From Candidatus Bathyarchaeia archaeon (lineage in GTDB: Archaea > Thermoproteota > Bathyarchaeia > 40CM-2-53-6), in NCBI GenBank assembly GCA_050013255.1, contig JBEKFP010000003.1:96001-160000 (forward strand): a stretch of 64,000 bases of DNA. The letters are read 5' to 3'. The notes under the pieces were generated by a model. The model was not told where the DNA came from, ran no database searches, and saw nothing but the letters and a program-made list of their open reading frames with translations. Within the stretch, counting starts at the first letter, position 1. Each line of letters starts with the position of its first letter. This document shows positions 58,011 to 64,000 of the stretch, piece by piece. A program made the position numbers and the translations under genes.

Positions 58011-58188
58011 TAGCGGTCACCACTAGGATTTCTACTGTAATTTCGGGACCACAAACGCCGGGTACTTACGCATTTGGATGGGTTTTCTTGAGCGGAGATT
58101 ACCTGAGTCGGCGGAAGGGGTAGACTCCTGTAAGGCACAACAGTCATGACGCGGTCCGTTGTGTACGATTAAGAATCAGTGAGATGCT

Positions 58189-58506
58189 GTGGAAATTCGT
58201 TTTCTCTATTCGGACCAGTGCCCCTCGCATGACGAAGCGATTGAACGACTGCGCAAAGTCCTAGATGAGGAGGGAATAAACGCTAAGATTGAAGTCATCA
58301 GAGTTGAGACGTTTGAAGATGCGAAGCGGTATCGTTACCCAGGGTCGCCGACAATTTTGATTGATGGGCATGATATCGACCCGGTTCCGAATTATGGATA
58401 TGCTCCGACCTGCCGTGCTTACCGCCTTGAAGATGGGCGTATCTCCCCTTTGCCATCGGTCTCAATGATTCGCAAGGCCGTCCGTGCTGCGAAAGGAGAA
58501 TCTTAA
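58189..58506 (+). CDS. Thioredoxin-fold protein (DUF2703-like)
   Basis: CPSH, GSPTILIDG.D, CRAY. Confidence 0.8.
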   Translation: MEIRFLYSDQCPSHDEAIERLRKVLDEEGINAKIEVIRVETFEDAKRYRYPGSPTILIDGHDIDPVPNYGYAPTCRAYRLEDGRISPLPSVSMIRKAVRAAKGES

Positions 58507-58554
58507 GAACAGAACCCAGCACTAAACGGTAGACGCATTCGCGGGAATGAGACC

Positions 58555-59088
58555 ATGACGAACCTTAAGATCGGGGATAAGGCCTTACCCTTCAACCTAT
58601 CCGGCGTCGACGGAAAGAATCATTCGCTCGCCGAATATTCTGGAAAGAATGCTGTGGCGGTAATTTTCAGTTGCAACCACTGCCCCTACGTTCGTGCGTG
58701 GGAGGACCGTATGGTCCAGGTACAGGCAGACTACGATATGAAAGGCGTACAATTGATTGCAATAAACGCGAACGACGCCTCAAAATATCCTGATGACAGC
58801 TTCGAAAAAATGAAGGAGCGCGCAAAGGAGAAGCATTTCAACTTCCCCTACCTGCATGACGAAAGCCAGCAAGTAGCTCGCGCTTACGGAGCTGAGCGAA
58901 CACCTGAGGTTTTCCTCTTCGACAAGGCGGGAACGTTAAGGTACCATGGCGTAATAGATGACAACTACGACGAGCCAAAGGCTGTTAAAGTTAAATTTCT
59001 GCGGGAAGCCCTCGACGCCACGCTGAACGGGAAGGTGCCCGCGAACACTGAAACAGAACCAGTCGGTTGCACAATCAAGTGGAAATGA
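58555..59088 (+). CDS. AhpC/TSA-family redoxin
   Basis: CNHCPYV, FPYL.DESQ, TPEVF, GCTIKW. Confidence 0.92.
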   Translation: MTNLKIGDKALPFNLSGVDGKNHSLAEYSGKNAVAVIFSCNHCPYVRAWEDRMVQVQADYDMKGVQLIAINANDASKYPDDSFEKMKERAKEKHFNFPYLHDESQQVARAYGAERTPEVFLFDKAGTLRYHGVIDDNYDEPKAVKVKFLREALDATLNGKVPANTETEPVGCTIKWK

Positions 59089-59776
59089 TCCGCATTGACC
59101 TTTCTCGCAGTCTCTTGACAACCGCTGCACTGGTCAATTCGCGGAGAGCGTCTGAAGCGATCCACCGCGCGCCCTTAGAGTCCATTTTCTGAATCCTTTT
59201 GGCCGTTATTATCGCGGCGCGATTGAGTTCTAGGTTCCGCTTTCCAATCTGCCTTAAGGACCAGTTCATCGCCTTCCTTACGAAGTTTCTCTCATCAGCG
59301 GCTTCCCTCCTGACCGCCTTCAGAAACTTCAAGAACGTTGCATTTGGAGCTTCTTGGTCATGAACTGCTAACGTAGCCATTAGGGCAAATCCTGCCCTCT
59401 TGACGAACTCTTCCCGCCGTGAACTCCACTCATACGCCTTTTGGTATGCTACCTTGGTTTTGTCGAATAAGTTGCTGCAGCATTGGTCGCAAACGTCCCA
59501 CGAATCGAAATCCTTCACCCATTTTTGCATCTGGTTCTTCGTGACCTTGTCAGGCACATCGATCATCGAAGCAAGAATTCGTGCTTCGTGAATTCTAGAT
59601 TCCCAAAGTTCTAGAGCGAGCGAATGGCTCTTGCCCAGTTCCTTCGCCAATCCTCTGAGAACGGGAATAGATACTCCATAGGTATTCCTAGGGTTGATTC
59701 CAAACCGCGCCATGCCCTTGACTGCTTCGGGATTCGAGTGGGATTTTAGCCGCCTAAGTACCTCATTCGCTTCCAA
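59075..59776 (-). CDS. DNA alkylation repair protein (AlkD-like)
   Basis: DFDSWDVCD, EFVKRAGF, DERNFVRKA.NW.LRQIGKRN. Confidence 0.9.
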   Translation of the reverse strand: MEANEVLRRLKSHSNPEAVKGMARFGINPRNTYGVSIPVLRGLAKELGKSHSLALELWESRIHEARILASMIDVPDKVTKNQMQKWVKDFDSWDVCDQCCSNLFDKTKVAYQKAYEWSSRREEFVKRAGFALMATLAVHDQEAPNATFLKFLKAVRREAADERNFVRKAMNWSLRQIGKRNLELNRAAIITAKRIQKMDSKGARWIASDALRELTSAAVVKRLRERSMRIIST

Positions 59777-59872
59777 CTACAGCACATCAGTGATTGTTTG
59801 TCTTGGGGTCACGAGTAATTAGCCTTCAAGAATAGTCATATTTGAGAAACGGAAACTAATGTTAGAGTAGTT

Positions 59873-60541
59873 GTGGTGTGGTTGAAGTTATCAGCTAAAT
59901 CAACGAAAGTTACATCGGGTCATTGGGATTATCGACTACATACGGGGAGTTCGAATGTAGGCGTTGTTTTGATACACGAGATATTCGGCTTTGACGACTA
60001 TATGGACTCCGTCGCAGCCCGGCTTAGCCAGACGGGCACTTGGGTTGCGGCAGTTGACTTGTACCATGGGAAGTATGCCTCCAACCTTGACGAGGGGTTC
60101 AAACTCAGGTCGGCTTTGAAGGAGCAAGAAGCCTTGGATGCGTTAGGTTCAGGTCTTCAGCTGCTCCGAGAAAAGGTCGGCGGGAAGGCGAAGGTTGGGT
60201 CGATGGGCTTCTGTATGGGTGGTGGGATCGCCCTTCAAGGCGCCTGTAACTTGAACATGGCCTTTTGCGTGGACTATTATGGTATGATAGAGAATGTGGA
60301 GCAAGTAAACGGCGTTAAAGGCCCAATTCAACTTATGCTAGCTTCGGAGGACGAAAGGGTAACCCCTTGGGCGTACCAGCAGTTTCTTCCCGCCGCAACG
60401 AAATACAAGAAAAGGGTCGACGTGCACCTTTACCCCAATGCGCAACATGCCTTCCATCGGCCTAATTGGGAAGGGCATAACGCGGAAGCCGCGAAAGACG
60501 CGTGGGAGAAAACGGTTAGCTTTCTATCCCAATTTAAGTGA
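59873..60541 (+). CDS. Dienelactone hydrolase family protein
   Basis: HEIFG, GFCMGG, YPNAQHAF. Confidence 0.92.
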   Translation: MVWLKLSAKSTKVTSGHWDYRLHTGSSNVGVVLIHEIFGFDDYMDSVAARLSQTGTWVAAVDLYHGKYASNLDEGFKLRSALKEQEALDALGSGLQLLREKVGGKAKVGSMGFCMGGGIALQGACNLNMAFCVDYYGMIENVEQVNGVKGPIQLMLASEDERVTPWAYQQFLPAATKYKKRVDVHLYPNAQHAFHRPNWEGHNAEAAKDAWEKTVSFLSQFK

Positions 60542-60657
60542 CGGAGCAAAGCTCCTGCCAAGCTTGGCGAGGAAAACCAAGCAAATGGGGGAGCGTTGAC
60601 CGCCTAGGCTCCTTGTTCTTGCGCGACTTGTCTGCTGAGAACCATGCTAGTTTCAAG

Positions 60658-61416
60658 CTATCTTCTCCGACCGAAAATTACTGTACCCACCGAGATCATG
60701 GCCACGTCGAATACGATTAGAGCGAGAACGTCATACTGCAAGGGAAGGATGGGAGTCCAAGCCCCTCGAAGAATTATAATTCTCAATGCATCAACACCAT
60801 AAGTTAGTGGGTCTATGACGCTTACCCAGCTTAGCCATTTGGGAAAATTCGCTAGCGGAAACAAGGCGCCGCTCAGAAAGAACAAGGGAAGATTGACGAA
60901 GGTCTGAATTACACCGAAACTCTCCAGACTCTCCATCAACGAGGCTAATGTTAGACCGATGCTCACCATTCCAAAAGTGATTAGCAGCATTATGGGTACT
61001 GAGAAAAGGAAAACGCCAACGCTGACGCGGATTGAGACAAGAAAACTGAAAACGAAGACAAAGCTTCCTTGTATCACGGCATCAGTACTACCACCCAACA
61101 TCTTACCTACGAAAACAGAAACCCTAGAGATTGGGGCCACTAGAATTTCCTTGAGAAACCCGAACTCTCTGTCCCAGATCACAGATATACCCATGAACAT
61201 TGAGGTAAAGAGCAAGGTTTGCCCAACGATTCCCGGGAAGATGAATTGCTGGTAGTTTACGCTCGTGACGCCTAACGAGGTAAGGCGCATTCCAGAACCG
61301 AAGATCACCAACCATAAGAGCGGTTGGATGAAGGAACTGATCAGCCTACTCTTCTCTCTCCCATAACGCTTGACCTCTCGCAGCCACAGCGTGTAAATGC
61401 CACGTAATTCACTCAT
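60658..61416 (-). CDS. ABC-2 type permease
   Basis: DREFGFLKEILVAP, FLSGALFP, PLTYGVDALR. Confidence 0.93.
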   Translation of the reverse strand: MSELRGIYTLWLREVKRYGREKSRLISSFIQPLLWLVIFGSGMRLTSLGVTSVNYQQFIFPGIVGQTLLFTSMFMGISVIWDREFGFLKEILVAPISRVSVFVGKMLGGSTDAVIQGSFVFVFSFLVSIRVSVGVFLFSVPIMLLITFGMVSIGLTLASLMESLESFGVIQTFVNLPLFFLSGALFPLANFPKWLSWVSVIDPLTYGVDALRIIILRGAWTPILPLQYDVLALIVFDVAMISVGTVIFGRRR

Positions 61417-62420
61417 CGAATACTCCTTCTCTTGATGGCGGCCAACCCATGGTATTCCTCACCGCCTTCTGTACGAATCTCTCGTCCAGTAAAATGAAGG
61501 AAGACGTCCTCAAGCGTAGGCTGTCGAATGGACATAGACTCAATACGTATCCCTGACGCTGCGGCAATCTCTACAATTCGGGGAAGCGTCGCATTGCCGT
61601 TCTTCACAACTAACTTCAGCTTACCATTTATCTGTTTCAGGTCCTTTACCCATGTGATCTCATTTAGTTTCTCAGCAAGCTCTTTAGCAGCGCTTGTCCG
61701 AACCGAAATCACGTCGCCCTCCATTCCTTCCTTCAATCGCTTTGGTTCATCTAGCGCAATTATCCTCCCATAATCTATGATTGCAACTCGGTTGCACAGC
61801 TTGTCAGCCTCCTCCATATAGTGCGTCGTGAGAATCATCGTGATGTTTTCGCGTCTGCTCAGCTCTATGATGTAACTCCAGATGTGCTCCCGGGTTTGAG
61901 GGTCCAAGCCTATTGTTGGCTCATCAAGAAACAGAGCCTTCGGGTAATGGATGAGGCCTCTTGCTATTTCCAGCCGACGCCTCATCCCTCCGGAATATGT
62001 CCTCATCAGCAGGTCTGCTTTGTCCTCCAGTTCGACCAATCTCAAAACCTCGTTAATTCGCATCTTTTGCTCAGATCTAGGGACTCCGTAGAGGTTCGCA
62101 TGCATCTCCAAGTTCTCTCTTCCCGTGAGCCTATCGTCTATACTTGGTTCTTGGAAGACGATCCCTATGATTTGCCTTACTTGGGAAGGATGTTTCGCGA
62201 CATCAATCCCATTGACCAAGGCCACTCCGGAAGTCGGTTTCAGAATCGTACATAACATTGAGAGAGTTGTAGTCTTTCCCGCGCCGTTAGGTCCCAGTAA
62301 ACCAAATACTTCACCAGGTTGAACTGAAAAATTGAGCTTGTTGACCGCCACAAGGTTGCCGAAGTTCTTGGTCAAATCCCTAACTTCTATTACAGATTCC
62401 GATCTCATAGGCTTCATCAA
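61413..62420 (-). CDS. ABC transporter ATP-binding protein (DrrA-like)
   Basis: GPNGAGKTT, YSGGM, LDEPT, THYMEEA. Confidence 0.96.
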   Translation of the reverse strand: MMKPMRSESVIEVRDLTKNFGNLVAVNKLNFSVQPGEVFGLLGPNGAGKTTTLSMLCTILKPTSGVALVNGIDVAKHPSQVRQIIGIVFQEPSIDDRLTGRENLEMHANLYGVPRSEQKMRINEVLRLVELEDKADLLMRTYSGGMRRRLEIARGLIHYPKALFLDEPTIGLDPQTREHIWSYIIELSRRENITMILTTHYMEEADKLCNRVAIIDYGRIIALDEPKRLKEGMEGDVISVRTSAAKELAEKLNEITWVKDLKQINGKLKLVVKNGNATLPRIVEIAAASGIRIESMSIRQPTLEDVFLHFTGREIRTEGGEEYHGLAAIKRRSIR

Positions 62421-62563
62421 ACCTTTCTTGACCGTTTCTTGTTCTCCAACGGTAGCTCGCAGACGCCCTTACTCAAAATGATTCGTTTAGCTTGTCCCCA
62501 TAGATGAGAGGCATAGAGTAAGGTTTAGAAAGCCCTGAAAGTGCTGAGGGACGCTGAAGAAAA

Positions 62564-62836
62564 TTGGCTAAAAGCACAAAAAGTCTCCTAATGTACACCG
62601 GTATTGCAGCACTACTTCTAGGCATAATCACCTTCATTGTACCATACCTCGAGGACGCTGCGAACAGAATGATAAGGACGCCAGCCTGGTGGACGCACAA
62701 TAGCGGAGCTGTCGCTTGGTTCTGGGGTCCTGCAGATCCCACGATAGGGCTATTTGCACCATTCTGGGAGTTTTCGGTTGGCCTAATCATTGTCGGTCTA
62801 GTGCTATTCGGCATCTCCTTTGCAATCAAGGTGTAA
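62564..62836 (+). CDS. Small two-TM membrane protein
   Basis: Two TM segments; 6 nt from the next gene. Confidence 0.6.
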   Translation: MAKSTKSLLMYTGIAALLLGIITFIVPYLEDAANRMIRTPAWWTHNSGAVAWFWGPADPTIGLFAPFWEFSVGLIIVGLVLFGISFAIKV

Positions 62837-62842
62837 TTTGAT

Positions 62843-63628
62843 TTGGCAAGCTCAAAACCTAAGGGACGATTGTACATCTTCGGGACACCGATTGCTTGGA
62901 TTGCCGTCTATGGCGCTTTGATTGGGGTTACCTCACTTGTGCCAGTTCTACCCTACGCAGGGGGCGGAGGATTTTGGCCTCTGGCAACTCCACTCGCAGG
63001 TATTGCACCCCTAATCCTTGGTCCGGTCGGCGGAATAGTCGCGGCTGTAGTTGGAGGAATCATAGGCATGTTCATCGCCCCACCAGCATACCCGCTCGGA
63101 ATCATTGACGCAGTGTCTGTCGTCGTACTACCCGCCATCTTCGTCGGGTTAGCACTAAACATGAAGAAAGCCAAGTGGATATTTCTCGCTTGGCAGATCA
63201 TAATGAATGCAACTTTCTTCATCGTGCTATTCCTCTATCCCGGCGTTGTCGGTGGATGGCCCCCCATCTCGACGAGTTCATACGTCGTCGCGACCCTCTA
63301 CTACTGGCTACTCCCAATAGTCGTGCTATTATCACCAATAGGAACCAAATACATCTACAACTGGTCAAGAAGTGCTAACGCGAGACAGAGGTCAATCGGA
63401 ATATTCCTCGGATCCTGGATGGCAATGAACGCTTGGTTCGTATCTCCATCATACTGGATCTATTGGATCCTATTCGCGTTCCCGTCTCCGTTGCTCTACC
63501 TGATGGCCTGGGGAATCTACTCCTGGTACATGCCAGTCTTTGCAATACTGATAACGATAGTAACGGTGCCCATTACAGAAGCTCTAAGAAGAAGCGGAAT
63601 GGCGAAGCCCCCAGACGTTCTGTGGTAG
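62843..63628 (+). CDS. ECF transporter S-component-like membrane protein
   Basis: GPVGG..A..VGGIIG motif; multi-TM; precedes an ECF ATPase. Confidence 0.7.
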   Translation: MASSKPKGRLYIFGTPIAWIAVYGALIGVTSLVPVLPYAGGGGFWPLATPLAGIAPLILGPVGGIVAAVVGGIIGMFIAPPAYPLGIIDAVSVVVLPAIFVGLALNMKKAKWIFLAWQIIMNATFFIVLFLYPGVVGGWPPISTSSYVVATLYYWLLPIVVLLSPIGTKYIYNWSRSANARQRSIGIFLGSWMAMNAWFVSPSYWIYWILFAFPSPLLYLMAWGIYSWYMPVFAILITIVTVPITEALRRSGMAKPPDVLW

Positions 63629-63699
63629 GCTGGCCATTCTGCCTTCCCCTTTTCCTCTTTTCTTGTTAAGTTATCAGAGGCTGTTGCGTGGTGCAAGAA

Positions 63700-64000
63700 A
63701 TGGATGACTTAATCGTAGATGTTCAGAATCTTTCCTTCGCATACCCAGACGGCGGGAAGGCGCTAAAGAATATCACTTTCAAGGTCAGCAAGGGTCAAAT
63801 CGTTGCCGTTTTAGGCGCTAATGGCGCGGGCAAGACTACACTGTGCCACCACTTGACTGGTATAATCCCAAACATCTACCAAGGCACAACTGAAGGCAAG
63901 GCAATCGTTGCCGGTATGAATGTTTACGATCACCCGGTCTATGAACTAGCACAGAAGATCAGTTTTGTTACACAAGATCCGGAAGGGCAACTCATCAACC
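63700..64000 (+). CDS. ECF-type ABC ATPase, runs off the window
   Basis: Manual translation MDDLIVDVQNLSFAYPDG...GANGAGKTT...TQDPEGQL. Confidence 0.88.
   Translation, partial: MDDLIVDVQNLSFAYPDGGKALKNITFKVSKGQIVAVLGANGAGKTTLCHHLTGIIPNIYQGTTEGKAIVAGMNVYDHPVYELAQKISFVTQDPEGQLIN

Noticed and set aside
533-63669. Numerous short overlapping ORFs in the six-frame track
   Set aside because: They overlap confident genes in other frames or strands and lack motifs

Overview
Archaeal chromosomal window, most consistent with a TACK lineage such as Bathyarchaeia. This is inferred from TBP, class I CCA-adding enzyme, tetraether synthase, geranylgeranyl reductase, PGF/PEF-CTERM-like surface proteins and BHB-type tRNA introns. 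1-26.3 kb: two tandem pairs of large surface proteins plus housekeeping genes (TBP, signal peptidase, lipid synthesis, MoaE and a tRNA-processing cluster of Trm11, RNase Z, ThpR, CCA enzyme and a RIO-type kinase). This block ends in a tRNA-Pro(GGG) gene that appears to carry four non-canonical introns, each with a readable bulge-helix-bulge motif. Directly downstream (26.4-42.2 kb) is the most unusual structure: about 10 co-oriented copies of the tRNA T-arm/3' end, most extended leftwards by a palindromic arm of one of three types. They separate 1-4-gene cassettes, mostly secreted or membrane proteins. The region holds one apparently intact tyrosine recombinase whose N-terminus is encoded by the repeat itself, and at least four integrase remnants. 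It looks like a tRNA-anchored, integron-like cassette array or a stack of SSV-type split-integrase elements, and is followed by a RelE-type TA pair. 43-64 kb: an operon of Zn-ribbon, surface and DnaJ-like genes, xanthine-oxidase-family (CoxLMS/G-like) genes, MFS, F420:NADP oxidoreductase-like, tryptophanase-family lyase, redoxins, AlkD, and ABC-2 and ECF transporters. All calls are by eye; no searches were run.
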